Notes under the pieces: model-generated
Database searches by the model: none
Told to the model about the DNA's origin: nothing
The model's input: only the letters and a program-made list of their open reading frames with translations
In this document: positions 9,895-19,182 of the stretch, in pieces
How the letters are laid out: each line of letters begins with the position of its first letter
Numbering within the stretch: position 1 is the first letter of the stretch
Translations under genes and position numbers: made by a program
Assembly: GCA_965227745.1 (NCBI GenBank)
Contig: OZ245769.1
Location: forward strand, 6,296,974-6,360,973
DNA: 64,000 nucleotides
Origin: Opitutaceae bacterium
Lineage (GTDB): Bacteria; Verrucomicrobiota; Verrucomicrobiia; Opitutales; Opitutaceae
Direction: 5' to 3'

Positions 9895-10470
9895 ATGATC
9901 AAACTGGGACCCGCGCTGCCATGTCCGCGTTGTAAAAGGGTGCTCGCTTCGAGTTCCTGGCACGACGAGCACTCGGGGCGGTGTGAGAAGTGCACCGCGG
10001 AGTTTAAGTTCTTCCCGTTTCCGGCCCTCCATGCGAAGGCTGCGCGCATCGCGCCTCAGGCGGTGGTGGTGGCCGAGGAATCCGTTTGCTTCTTTCATGC
10101 GGGAAATCGCGCCGAGAGCGTCTGTGAGGAATGCGGGCGTCTGCTTTGCTCGGTCTGCGCCGTAAACTTCGGCGGCCGGAAAATCTGCCCGACCTGCATC
10201 GCGACCGCGAAAGAATCCCCCGCGACCCAAGTCGTGCGCGAGCGCGCATTGGTCGACAGTATCGCCCTCACTCTGGCCTTGGCGCCCTTGCTTGTCTGGC
10301 CGCTGACTCTGGTATCGGCGCCGATCGCGCTTTGGTACACGTATCGAAACTGGAAGATGCCCGGCAGCCTGGTGCGCGGGTCAAGCCGCACTCGGCTGGT
10401 GCTGGCGATGGTCTTCGCCGGGGCAGAATTGATCGGCTGGACGATCTTTTTCATTTCGCTCGCCACCTGA
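9895..10470 (+). CDS. zinc-ribbon plus B-box-like zinc-finger membrane protein
   Basis: CPRC...CEKC, then C-x2-H-x8-C-x2-C-x4-C-x2-C-x9-C-x2-C (CFFHAGNRAESVCEECGRLLCSVCAVNFGGRKICPTC), followed by 2-3 hydrophobic helices. Start at MIKLG. Confidence 0.65.
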   Translation: MIKLGPALPCPRCKRVLASSSWHDEHSGRCEKCTAEFKFFPFPALHAKAARIAPQAVVVAEESVCFFHAGNRAESVCEECGRLLCSVCAVNFGGRKICPTCIATAKESPATQVVRERALVDSIALTLALAPLLVWPLTLVSAPIALWYTYRNWKMPGSLVRGSSRTRLVLAMVFAGAELIGWTIFFISLAT

Positions 10471-10480
10471 TCCCACCTCC

Positions 10481-11146
10481 ATGGCAAAAGCTCCCAAGCT
10501 TTATACTCGGCTTTCCCGCAACATGGCTAGTGTCGGGACCTATCAGAGCCTCTGGCTGGGGGCCGACCATATCCTCATTGTAACGAGCACCGGCTACACC
10601 GAGTCGTATGCGCGCCTGCAACTACGCGACATCAAGGGCTTTTTCATCACCACCAGCGAGCGGCGGTTGGCGTGGGGGGTGACATGGGGGTGTTTTAGCG
10701 CGGTCTTTCTCCTCGCCGTCATTGTCAATTCCGGCGGGCCTGATCTCCCGTATTTTTCCGGCGGTGGGCTGCTTTTCTTCGGGGCTCTGCTTTTGTGGAA
10801 TCACTTGCTCGGCCCGTCGTGCCACGCCTTTGTGGTCACGGGCGTGCAGACGGCGAAACTGCCCGCGATGGTGCGCGAAAAGAAGGCGCTCCGACTGCTG
10901 GGTCGATTGCAGCCCTTGATCGAGGCCGCGCAGGCCGATCTAGTAGTTGCTCCGTCCGTTTCTCCGGTGCTCCCACCGATGCCCCCGGCGGCAGTGGACG
11001 TTTCAACTTCGCTGGCACCGTCACCGGTGCCGCCGGCTGACGTGGTGGCAGCCCCGCTCGCGAGCCCGCTGCCGAGCCCGCCAGTGCCCAGTGAATTGCC
11101 GCCTCCCGTTTCGGGTACGCCGCCTCCGACCCTGCCGCCGCCATGA
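10481..11146 (+). CDS. membrane protein with proline-rich C-terminal tail
   Basis: Two hydrophobic helices and a P/A/V-rich tail (PPMPPAAVD...PPPVSGTPPPTLPPP). The stop overlaps the next start (ATGA at 11143-11146). Confidence 0.6.
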   Translation: MAKAPKLYTRLSRNMASVGTYQSLWLGADHILIVTSTGYTESYARLQLRDIKGFFITTSERRLAWGVTWGCFSAVFLLAVIVNSGGPDLPYFSGGGLLFFGALLLWNHLLGPSCHAFVVTGVQTAKLPAMVREKKALRLLGRLQPLIEAAQADLVVAPSVSPVLPPMPPAAVDVSTSLAPSPVPPADVVAAPLASPLPSPPVPSELPPPVSGTPPPTLPPP

Positions 11147-11511
11147 ATCCGCCGCTTATTCCCCCGGTGGCGGCGGGCGGGCCTCAGCTTCATGCCCGGC
11201 GGTGTGTGCGGCACTCCACGCGCGAAGCCGCGGTCCGGTGCCCGGCGTGTGGCGAGTTTTTCTGCCGCGAGTGCGTGGTCGAGCATGCCGGTAAATTTCT
11301 CTGTGCCTCCTGCCTCGCGAAGCGTTCGGCCACCGGTTCGAAACGGCGGCAGGTGCGATGGGCGGCGGTGCGCCGCGTCCTCCGTGCGAGTGCCGGCGCC
11401 GTGATGGTGTGGATTCTTTTTTACTGGCTCGGTGATCTCCTCTTGCGCGTGCCGCTCGACGTGCACGACGGCACGATCTGGAAGAAATTCGCGGAGGGCG
11501 CGCCGCCGTGA
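11143..11511 (+). CDS. B-box-like zinc-finger membrane protein
   Basis: CVRHSTREAAVRCPACGEFFCRECVVEHAGKFLCASC has the same Cys/His spacing as the 9895..10470 product. One C-terminal TM helix. The stop overlaps the next start (GTGA). Confidence 0.65.
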   Translation: MNPPLIPPVAAGGPQLHARRCVRHSTREAAVRCPACGEFFCRECVVEHAGKFLCASCLAKRSATGSKRRQVRWAAVRRVLRASAGAVMVWILFYWLGDLLLRVPLDVHDGTIWKKFAEGAPP

Positions 11512-13184
11512 GTGCCCGTAACTCCACGCCCAAGAGCCGCGCGGGCGAACCCCGAGCGGTCGAACTCATCGAGGAAGCGGTGCAACTGCTCCGGCGCGCG
11601 CCGGCCTCGGCGCTGGCGATTTATTTTTCGGGGGCGGTGCCGTTTGTGCTCGGCCTCCTATTTTTCTGGGCGCACACGACTTGGTTTCACCCACCGAGCG
11701 AGATCGTGGCGTGGGGAGCCTTGGGCTTGGCGGCGCTCTATCTGGTGATGCAGGCCTCGCAGGCAGAGTTTTGCGCGCGACTTATGGCGCTGCGCCTCGG
11801 CGATCAGCCCCCGAGTTGGTCATGGCGGAAGTTCGGCCAATTAGTCTTGCTGCAACTGCGCCTCCAACCCTGGATCGCCCTCGCCGGAATCCCGGTGACA
11901 ATCATTTCCGTGCCGCTGGGATGGTGGTATGCGTACGCGCAAAATGTCACGGTGCTAGGCAACGAGGAGCGGCTGCACGACGAGGCGCTGACGCAGGCCA
12001 AGCTCTGGCCCAAACAGAACCACACGGCCCTCCTCCTCCTCGCGGTGCTCGCGGGCTGCACGTGGCTGAACTTTGCCGGAGCCTTCTTTTTGATCCCATG
12101 GATGGCCAATCGGTTTCTCGGGATTGAGAACATGTTTGGATTCTCCGGCTGGCGGTTTCTCAACAGCACGTTTCTGGCGTCGGTCACTGTGCTTACGTGG
12201 CTGGCGGTCGATCCGCTCGTCAAGGCGTTCTATACCCTGCGCATCTTTCACGGTCGCGCGCGGGCGACCGGCGAAGACGTACGGGTGGAATTGCGACTGG
12301 CGCAGCAGCAACGCAGCGGGCGGATGCGCGCGGCGGCCGTGATTTTATTGGCGACCGTATTATTTGTTCCGGATCGCTCGGCCCGCGCGGCGGAGCCCGC
12401 GCCGGTGAGTGCACCTCAGGCAGTGGCACCCGGCCAACTCGACCGGGCCCTCGATGACGTGCTCTCCACGGGAGATTTTCGCTGGCGTCTGCCGCCGCCC
12501 GCCAAGGCCGAAACCGCCCAGCGCGGGGTGGTCGGGCGATTTATCCAACAGGGGTACGAAACAGTCCGGGAGATGTTTCGCAGTGTCGGGAGATGGCTGG
12601 ATCGCGTGCGCGATTGGATCGATCGCCACTTCAAAAAATCGGATGACAAGGAAGTCAAAGAGCCCACGCGGTCATCCGGGTCCGGCGCGGGGTTGGAGGT
12701 GGTTCGTTTCCTCCTCTACGTCTTTATTGGCGTGGCCGTGCTGTTGATCCTCTGGGTGGTTTGGCTGATTATAGCCCGCGCGCGGCGCAGCGTCACGCCG
12801 TTGCTCACGGCCCGAGCGGTAGCGGCGGCCAGTCCGGACCTGCGCGACGACAATGTCCAAGCCGCGCAATTGCCGGCCGATGGCTGGCTGGCTCTGGCCC
12901 AAGAGCAGATGGCAAAGGGGGAGTGGCGCCTCGCTTGGCGAGCGCTGTACCTGGCGACGCTCGCGCGGCTCGCGGCCGAGGGGCTGGTCTCACTCGCCAA
13001 GTTTAAGACCAATCTCGACTACGAGCGCGAAGTGCGGCGCCGGGCGCTTTCGCGCACGGAAATTGTAACTCGTTTCGCGTTTCGCCGACGCGCCTTTGAG
13101 GATGTGTGGTACGGCCGGGAGCAGGCGGCGGAAGCGGCCGTGCGGGAGTGGCTCGCCGAACTGGAGCGGCCGACTTCACCATGA
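11508..13184 (+). CDS. polytopic membrane protein with C-terminal DUF4129-like domain
   Basis: Multiple TM helices. C-terminus ...DGWLALAQEQMAKGEWRLAWRALYLATLARLAAEGLV...TNLDYEREV...FEDVWYG resembles DUF4129. Confidence 0.7.
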   Translation: MSARNSTPKSRAGEPRAVELIEEAVQLLRRAPASALAIYFSGAVPFVLGLLFFWAHTTWFHPPSEIVAWGALGLAALYLVMQASQAEFCARLMALRLGDQPPSWSWRKFGQLVLLQLRLQPWIALAGIPVTIISVPLGWWYAYAQNVTVLGNEERLHDEALTQAKLWPKQNHTALLLLAVLAGCTWLNFAGAFFLIPWMANRFLGIENMFGFSGWRFLNSTFLASVTVLTWLAVDPLVKAFYTLRIFHGRARATGEDVRVELRLAQQQRSGRMRAAAVILLATVLFVPDRSARAAEPAPVSAPQAVAPGQLDRALDDVLSTGDFRWRLPPPAKAETAQRGVVGRFIQQGYETVREMFRSVGRWLDRVRDWIDRHFKKSDDKEVKEPTRSSGSGAGLEVVRFLLYVFIGVAVLLILWVVWLIIARARRSVTPLLTARAVAAASPDLRDDNVQAAQLPADGWLALAQEQMAKGEWRLAWRALYLATLARLAAEGLVSLAKFKTNLDYEREVRRRALSRTEIVTRFAFRRRAFEDVWYGREQAAEAAVREWLAELERPTSP

Positions 13185-14452
13185 AGGGGCGCGGTTCACT
13201 TTGGGCGCTAGTGGCGGCGCTGGTCCTGCTCGTCGGGGGACTTGCGCTGCTCTTCCAACTGCGACTGGGGCAGGGCGACATATTTCCCGCCTACTCCTCG
13301 TTTCGGGTCGATCCGCTCGGTACCCGCGCGCTTCATGATGGATTGGAGCAAGTGCCAGGCCTGCGCGTGGAGCGCTGGTTGAAACCCATCAAGGACATCC
13401 CGGTTACTCCGCCCCGGACCATTCTCTTTGCCGGCGTCAGCGTGTGGGGCTGGCACACCACCACTACGGATGAATTCAACGCGCTCGATGCCGCGGTTCG
13501 CGCTGGCAGTCGCGTGGTGATCACGATCCGCGCCAAGTCTGCATCCGATGAAACCACGCAAGAAGCCTTTGAGGAAAAGGCCGATCGGAAGAAAGAAAAG
13601 GCAGGGAAGGGAAAGGCCGAAAAGAAAAAAGAGCCGCCGGGGAAGGCCGCAAAAAAGGAGCCCGAAAAAAAAGAAAACCGCCCGCCCGCCCGCGAGCGTG
13701 AGGAACGCGAGAGCCGGGAGTCCAGTGGAGACAACAAGCGGACTGTGGTCGACCTCAAGCAGCTATGGGGCGTGGATCTCAAAGAGCGCATGCTCTTCGA
13801 GCGCGGGGATGATCTGGGAGCGACTCGGGTCATGGCGGGCGATTTGCCGGCCACCGTTCCCTGGAAGAGTGACGTCTATTTCAAAGCCGAGCAGGGCGTG
13901 GAGTGGCGGACCATCTACCAACGCGGAGGTGAAGCGGTATTGGTGGAGCGACAGCTCGGTCGCGGCAGCATCGTGCTGGCCGCCGATTCGTATTTCGTGA
14001 GCAATGAAGCGCTGCAGGCCAACCGCGCGACCTCGCTGCTCACCTGGATGATCGGGCCGCACTCCCGGGTGCTGTTCGATGAGAATCATTTGGGCGTGGA
14101 GCTGCAGCCGGGAGTCGCGGCATTGGCGCGGCGCTATGGGTTGGCGGAAGCGTTCTTCACGCTGCTCCTCCTTGCGGCGCTCTTTGTGTGGCAACGGATG
14201 GCGTTGTTTGTGCCTCCGCCGGAGGAAGTGCGGGAGGTTACGCTCTCTTATCAACCGGCGGCGGGGCTCGAGGCGTTGCTGCGCCGTTCGGTGCCGCCGA
14301 CGGAATTGGCTGCCGTCTGTGTGGAGGAATGGAAACGCACGGCCCGTCCCGGTGACGTCGCCAAGGCCGCCGCTGTCACCGCGTCCGCCCCGAAAAATAC
14401 CTCCGCGGCCGCGCTCCATAATCGGATCCTCCAAGCGCTGCGCCGTCGCTAA
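13181..14452 (+). CDS. DUF4350-like membrane-anchored protein with K/E-rich insert
   Basis: Start MKGRGSLWALVAALVLLVGG overlaps the upstream stop (ATGA). ...SIVLAADSYFVSNEAL...VLFDENHLG is typical of DUF4350. Low-complexity EKKKEPPGKAAKKEPEKKE insert. Confidence 0.65.
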   Translation: MKGRGSLWALVAALVLLVGGLALLFQLRLGQGDIFPAYSSFRVDPLGTRALHDGLEQVPGLRVERWLKPIKDIPVTPPRTILFAGVSVWGWHTTTTDEFNALDAAVRAGSRVVITIRAKSASDETTQEAFEEKADRKKEKAGKGKAEKKKEPPGKAAKKEPEKKENRPPAREREERESRESSGDNKRTVVDLKQLWGVDLKERMLFERGDDLGATRVMAGDLPATVPWKSDVYFKAEQGVEWRTIYQRGGEAVLVERQLGRGSIVLAADSYFVSNEALQANRATSLLTWMIGPHSRVLFDENHLGVELQPGVAALARRYGLAEAFFTLLLLAALFVWQRMALFVPPPEEVREVTLSYQPAAGLEALLRRSVPPTELAAVCVEEWKRTARPGDVAKAAAVTASAPKNTSAAALHNRILQALRRR

Positions 14453-14481
14453 CCAATTTTCGCACTTTCCCCCTTTACGCC

Positions 14482-15447
14482 ATGAATCCAGCCATTGCCC
14501 AGCTCAACGCCACCCTCGCTGCCGCTCGCCAAGAAGTCGCCAAAGTCGTTATCGGACAGGATGCGGCGGTCGAGCTCGCCCTTATCACCCTGCTCACGCG
14601 CAGCCATGCGCTCATCGAGGGCGTGCCCGGGGTGGCCAAGACCCTGCTCGTCCGCACGCTCGGCCACGTGCTCGGAGTATCGAGCGGCCGCGTGCAGTTC
14701 ACTCCCGACCTCATGCCCGCCGACATCACGGGCACCAATGTTTTCAATCTCCAGAGCAATCAGTTCATGCTGATCAAAGGACCGGTTTTCACGGCCTTTC
14801 TCCTCGCCGATGAAATCAATCGCGCCCCCGCCAAGACCCAAGCGGCTCTGCTTCAGGCGATGCAGGAGCGCTCGGTGACCATCGACCGCGACACCCATGC
14901 CCTCGATGATAACTTTACCGTCTTCGCCACCCAGAACCCTGCCGATTCCGAAGGTACCTATCCCCTCCCGGAAGCGCAGAAGGATCGTTTCATGGTGAAG
15001 ATCAAGATGGAGGCACCCTCCCGCGACGAGGAACTCGCCCTAGCGCGCCGTATGCTCGGAACGGATACACCGGAAGCGGTTCTCGCGTCCGGCGCCGTGC
15101 GGCCCGTGCTGGGGGCAGGGGAGCTGGCCCGCCTCCGCGACACCCTAAAGGAAGTCGCGATGCGGGATGAGCTGGCGGCCTATGTGGTGGACTTGGTGCG
15201 CGCGACGCGGTCGCACGAAAGCGTTCTCATCGGTGCCGGCCCCCGTGCGACGCAAGCACTGCTGCTCGGCGGGCGCGCCCGGGCCGCGCTGGACGGGCGG
15301 GACTATGTTTCCCCCGACGATGTGCGGGCGTTGACGGCGGCCGTGCTGGGCCACCGCCTCGTGCTCCGGCCGGAATTTGAGATCGAAGGTCTCACGATCG
15401 ACGAGGTGGTAAACCGCGTGCTCGAACAAGTCGCCGTGCCCCGCTGA
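14482..15447 (+). CDS. MoxR-family AAA+ ATPase
   Basis: VVIGQDAAVELALITLLTRSHALIEGVPGVAKT (Walker A), FLLADEINRAPAKTQAALLQAMQE (Walker B / sensor), ATQNP. Confidence 0.9.
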   Translation: MNPAIAQLNATLAAARQEVAKVVIGQDAAVELALITLLTRSHALIEGVPGVAKTLLVRTLGHVLGVSSGRVQFTPDLMPADITGTNVFNLQSNQFMLIKGPVFTAFLLADEINRAPAKTQAALLQAMQERSVTIDRDTHALDDNFTVFATQNPADSEGTYPLPEAQKDRFMVKIKMEAPSRDEELALARRMLGTDTPEAVLASGAVRPVLGAGELARLRDTLKEVAMRDELAAYVVDLVRATRSHESVLIGAGPRATQALLLGGRARAALDGRDYVSPDDVRALTAAVLGHRLVLRPEFEIEGLTIDEVVNRVLEQVAVPR

Positions 15448-15464
15448 CGGATTGAATCGTTGCG

Positions 15465-16799
15465 ATGCGCTTCGTCCCCTCCACGCGTTTACTCTGGCTG
15501 ATGCTGGCGGTCGCAATCGTCGCGACGGTGGCCGGGCCGTTTCGCGAGTTGCAGCCCCTCTGGTTGCTCTCGATCGGCGGAGTAGTGCTGGCGGCTTTGG
15601 CGGATGTGGCTCTGACGCTCAAGCGGACTCGTCCTCCGACGGTGACCCTGCCGGCGGTGACGCGGTTTTCCCGCGACCGCGAAGGGGTGCTGAGCGTCAC
15701 CTTCGAAAATCCCGACGGCCAGGCGCGCCGCCTCCGCTTTGCGCTCGCATTGCCGTCGGTCTTTAAATCGGCGGCGGAAGAAATCATGGTGGATCTTCCC
15801 GCCGGCGCGGCGCGCGCGCGAATCGACTGGCGCTGCACCCCCTCCCGGCGCGGGAGCTTTGCTGGCGTGATGGCTTGTTTTGAGGGAGCCTCCGGTCTCG
15901 GGTTGTGGCGGGTGCGAATGCGGACTGAACTGCAGGCCGAACTGCGCGTTCATCCGAATCTCTTTTCGGAGCGGAGGCAACTGGCGGCGCTTTTCCTCGC
16001 GCAAGGCCGGCCGGGGGCGCGCGTCCAGCGCATCCTCGGTCGCGGTCGTGAGTTCGAAAAACTGCGCGATTACCAGCCCGGCGACGGATTTGACGAGGTA
16101 CATTGGAAAGCGACGGCCAAGCGCGGGCGGCCGGTGACCAAGGTATTTCAGGCGGAGCGCACCCAGGAAATCTACGTCGTGATCGATGCCTCTCGCCTGA
16201 GTGCGCGGCCGGTCACGCACGATGGCATCGAGCAGACGGCGTTGGAGCGCTACGTGACCTCGGCGCTGGTCTTGCTCCTGGCGGCGGAGCGACAAGGAGA
16301 CAAATTTGGCCTCGTGGTGCATGATGATCGCGTGCGCATTTTCGTGCGGGCGGGCAGCGGTTCGAAGCACTACACGGCGTGTCGCGAGTCGTTGCTGGCG
16401 TTGAAGCCCAGTGATGCGACGCCGGATGTGGCGGAGATCGTGCGCTATCTACGCGGGCAGATTCGCCGCCGTGCGCTGTTGTTTTTCCTGAGCGATTTGA
16501 CGGACCCGGTGCTGGCGGAGGATTTTACCCGCCATGTGCGACTGCTTTCGCGGCAGCATCTCGTGTTGGTCGGTCAACTCCGGGAGCCGCAGGTGACCCC
16601 GCTCTTTTCCGGGGCGGAGACGGCCACGGACCTGGAGGTTTACCGACGATTGGCGGGCCACGCCCGCTGGTCCGAATCGCGGACTCTCGCGCAAAAGCTG
16701 AAGCCCATCGGTGTCACTCTGGTGCTACTGGAGAATGAGACGATGGCCGGCCAACTGGTGGAGCACTACATGAAGATCAAACGGAGGCAGGCCCTATGA
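15465..16799 (+). CDS. DUF58 domain protein (vWA-like partner of MoxR)
   Basis: GREFEKLRDYQPGDGFDEVHWKATAKRGRPVTKVFQAERTQEIYVVIDASR is the DUF58 signature. Confidence 0.85.
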   Translation: MRFVPSTRLLWLMLAVAIVATVAGPFRELQPLWLLSIGGVVLAALADVALTLKRTRPPTVTLPAVTRFSRDREGVLSVTFENPDGQARRLRFALALPSVFKSAAEEIMVDLPAGAARARIDWRCTPSRRGSFAGVMACFEGASGLGLWRVRMRTELQAELRVHPNLFSERRQLAALFLAQGRPGARVQRILGRGREFEKLRDYQPGDGFDEVHWKATAKRGRPVTKVFQAERTQEIYVVIDASRLSARPVTHDGIEQTALERYVTSALVLLLAAERQGDKFGLVVHDDRVRIFVRAGSGSKHYTACRESLLALKPSDATPDVAEIVRYLRGQIRRRALLFFLSDLTDPVLAEDFTRHVRLLSRQHLVLVGQLREPQVTPLFSGAETATDLEVYRRLAGHARWSESRTLAQKLKPIGVTLVLLENETMAGQLVEHYMKIKRRQAL

Positions 16800-17812
16800 T
16801 CGTCAATTTGGAAAAATTCATCGCGGAGGAGCGTCCGCGTTGGCAGCGGCTCGATGCGATGTTGCAGCGCATCGCCAACGATCCGTGGGCGAAGATCCCC
16901 CTCGCCGACGCGCGCGAGCTGGAGCTGCTGTACCAACGGGCCGCCGCCGATCTCGCGCGGCTGGCGAGTTACTCGGCGGAGCCGGAAGCGCGGCGGTACC
17001 TCGAAAACTTGGTAGCCCGCGGCCATGCGGAGATTCACGGCGCGCGGGCGGAGGGCGCGCGGTTTCGTCCCCTTCGGTGGCTGACGCATACGTTTCCCCA
17101 GACCTTTCGGCGGCAAAGCCGAGCGTTTGTCCTGACGGTGGTACTCACATTAGCCGGAGCGATCTTCGGCGGTGCAGCATTGGCCCTTGATCCCGAAGCG
17201 AAGGCGGTGCTGATGCCGTTTGACCACTTGCAGGGCAGCCCGACGGAGCGCGTGGCCCGCGAGCGGGAAGATCAGGGGCGGCACCTCGACGATCACAAGG
17301 CCAGCTTCTCCGGCCACCTCATGACGCATAACACGCAGGTCTCGCTCACGGCGATCGCGCTGGGAATGTCGTGGGGCGTGGGCACTTTAATTCTACTCTT
17401 TTACAATGGCATCACGCTGGGGGCGGTGGTGATCGAATACATGCTCGCCGGCGAAACGACCTTTATGCTCGGGTGGTTGCTGCCCCACGGAGTGATTGAG
17501 ATCCCGGCAATTCTCGTGGGTGGACAAGCCGGCTTCGTCTTGGCCGGCGCGTTGCTCGGCCGAGGTAAACGAGAGCGGCTTTCGGCCCGGCTGCGGTCCG
17601 TCATGCCGGATGTCGTCACTCTCGCGGCGGGTACAGCGCTGATGTTGGTGTGGGCGGGTATCGTGGAGGCGTTTCTTTCGCAGTACCACGAGCCGGTGCT
17701 GCCGTACTGGGTGAAAATCGCCTTCGGGGTGATCGAATTTATCGCCCTCATTTGGTACTTGGGGGGCTCGGGTCGTTCGGCCGATAAACAATCTACGGGA
17801 GGAACGAAGTGA
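16796..17812 (+). CDS. SpoIIM-like (DUF95) membrane protein
   Basis: N-terminal helical region (RPRWQRLDAMLQR...ELELLYQRAAADLA) plus a C-terminal multi-TM region with LPHGVIEIPAILVGGQAG. The start overlaps the DUF58 stop (ATGA). Confidence 0.75.
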   Translation: MIVNLEKFIAEERPRWQRLDAMLQRIANDPWAKIPLADARELELLYQRAAADLARLASYSAEPEARRYLENLVARGHAEIHGARAEGARFRPLRWLTHTFPQTFRRQSRAFVLTVVLTLAGAIFGGAALALDPEAKAVLMPFDHLQGSPTERVAREREDQGRHLDDHKASFSGHLMTHNTQVSLTAIALGMSWGVGTLILLFYNGITLGAVVIEYMLAGETTFMLGWLLPHGVIEIPAILVGGQAGFVLAGALLGRGKRERLSARLRSVMPDVVTLAAGTALMLVWAGIVEAFLSQYHEPVLPYWVKIAFGVIEFIALIWYLGGSGRSADKQSTGGTK

Positions 17813-18576
17813 CCGCCGACCGCACCCATTTGTTGCGGGTCCGCACTCCGGAAGGGGTCGCGTTTACGTTCAAGCTCGCTAGTCCGGTGCTGCGCGCCGG
17901 CGCGCTCGTGATCGATTGGACAGTCATTTCCGTGACATGGTCGGTGGTGGCCTTGATCTTGAGCTTGCTCTCGCTGGTGAGCGCGGACTTCGCGGGCATG
18001 GTCATGGCCATCGGATACTTTGCGCTCTCCCAAGGGTATGGCATCGCGATGGAGTGGCTCTATGGGGGCCGCACGATCGGAAAGCGGGTAATGAAACTTC
18101 GCGTGGTGGACGCGCGGGGGCTGCGGCTGAATTTTTCCCAGATCGTGCTGCGTAATCTACTCCGCTTCATCGACGGCCTGCCGGTATTTTATTTGGTGGG
18201 CGGGATCGCGGCCCTCCTCAACCGCCGCGGCCAGCGCCTCGGTGATCTCGCGGCTGATACGCTGGTGATTTGGGAGCCCACGGAGCCGACACCCGATTTT
18301 TCGAAGCTCCAGGGCGAGAAGTACAATTCACTGCGGGGCCACCTCCAGGCGGTCGCGCGACTCCGCCAGTTTGTCTCGCCGGCGGAGGCCAAGGCCGCGT
18401 GGTCGGCCTTGGTACGGCGCGACGAATTGGATGAAGCCGCGCGGGTAAAACTCTTCGCGGATTTGGCTGCGCACTTCCGGGCCTTGGCCGACGCCCCACC
18501 GGAAGTCTCGGAGGGAGTGGCAGATGAGCAATTTGTGCGTAATGTCGTCGACGTTCTCTACCTGACGCGTAATTAG
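17809..18576 (+). CDS. RDD-family membrane protein
   Basis: GRTIGKRVMKLRVVDARG...LLRFIDGLP...RGQRLGDLAADTLVI. The GTG start overlaps the upstream stop. Confidence 0.8.
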   Translation: MTADRTHLLRVRTPEGVAFTFKLASPVLRAGALVIDWTVISVTWSVVALILSLLSLVSADFAGMVMAIGYFALSQGYGIAMEWLYGGRTIGKRVMKLRVVDARGLRLNFSQIVLRNLLRFIDGLPVFYLVGGIAALLNRRGQRLGDLAADTLVIWEPTEPTPDFSKLQGEKYNSLRGHLQAVARLRQFVSPAEAKAAWSALVRRDELDEAARVKLFADLAAHFRALADAPPEVSEGVADEQFVRNVVDVLYLTRN

Positions 18577-18626
18577 TAATTTGTTCTAAGAAATCGCGCC
18601 GCGGCGCGTCTAATCGGAGTACGCTC

Positions 18627-19169
18627 ATGTCCACTGAAAACCCGACCCCCCGGGCCACCATGCATGAAGACGCCGGTTTTCTTGAACGCACGTTCGCGGA
18701 CCAACAGGTGCCGCTGCTCCGCTATGCGACCCGCCTGCTGGGTGGCGATGTCGATCGGGCGCGAGATGTCGTGCAGGACGTATTTGTTAAACTCATGGGG
18801 CAGCGCCACGAGGCGGTCGATGGCCACGCGGTGGAGTGGCTCTTCACCGTCTGCCGCCACCGGGCCCTCGACATTTTGCGCAAAGAAGGCCGCATGAAGC
18901 GCTTCGCCGATGGCGAGGCCGAGCGCGTCACCACCGTGGAGCCCCGGCCGGGCCGCGAACTTGAAGCCGCCGAGACCCATGCCGCCCTCGTCCGCCTCAT
19001 CGAACACCTCCCGCCCAACCAGCAGGAAGTCGTCCGGCTCAAATTCCAGAATGGTTTCAGCTACAAGGAAATCGCCCGCATCACCGAGCTCTCCGTGAGC
19101 AATGTCGGTTTCCTGATTCATACCGCCGTGTGCCGACTACGCACGGAGTTCGCCGCCCAGCGGCCGTAA
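18627..19169 (+). CDS. ECF-type RNA polymerase sigma factor
   Basis: Region 2 (LLRYATRLLGGDVDRARDVVQDVFVKL ... EWLFTVCRHRALDILR) and region 4 (LPPNQQEVVRLKFQNGFSYKEIARITELSVSNVGFLIHTAVCRL). Confidence 0.85.
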   Translation: MSTENPTPRATMHEDAGFLERTFADQQVPLLRYATRLLGGDVDRARDVVQDVFVKLMGQRHEAVDGHAVEWLFTVCRHRALDILRKEGRMKRFADGEAERVTTVEPRPGRELEAAETHAALVRLIEHLPPNQQEVVRLKFQNGFSYKEIARITELSVSNVGFLIHTAVCRLRTEFAAQRP

Positions 19170-19182
19170 GGAGACAGTACCA

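Noticed and set aside
18577-18626. Possible ECF-type promoter or terminator between the RDD gene and the sigma gene (GCGCCGCGGCGC palindrome; CGTCTA)
   Set aside because: There is no convincing GGAAC-N16/17-CGTC arrangement and no U tract after the palindrome, so it cannot be supported from sequence alone.
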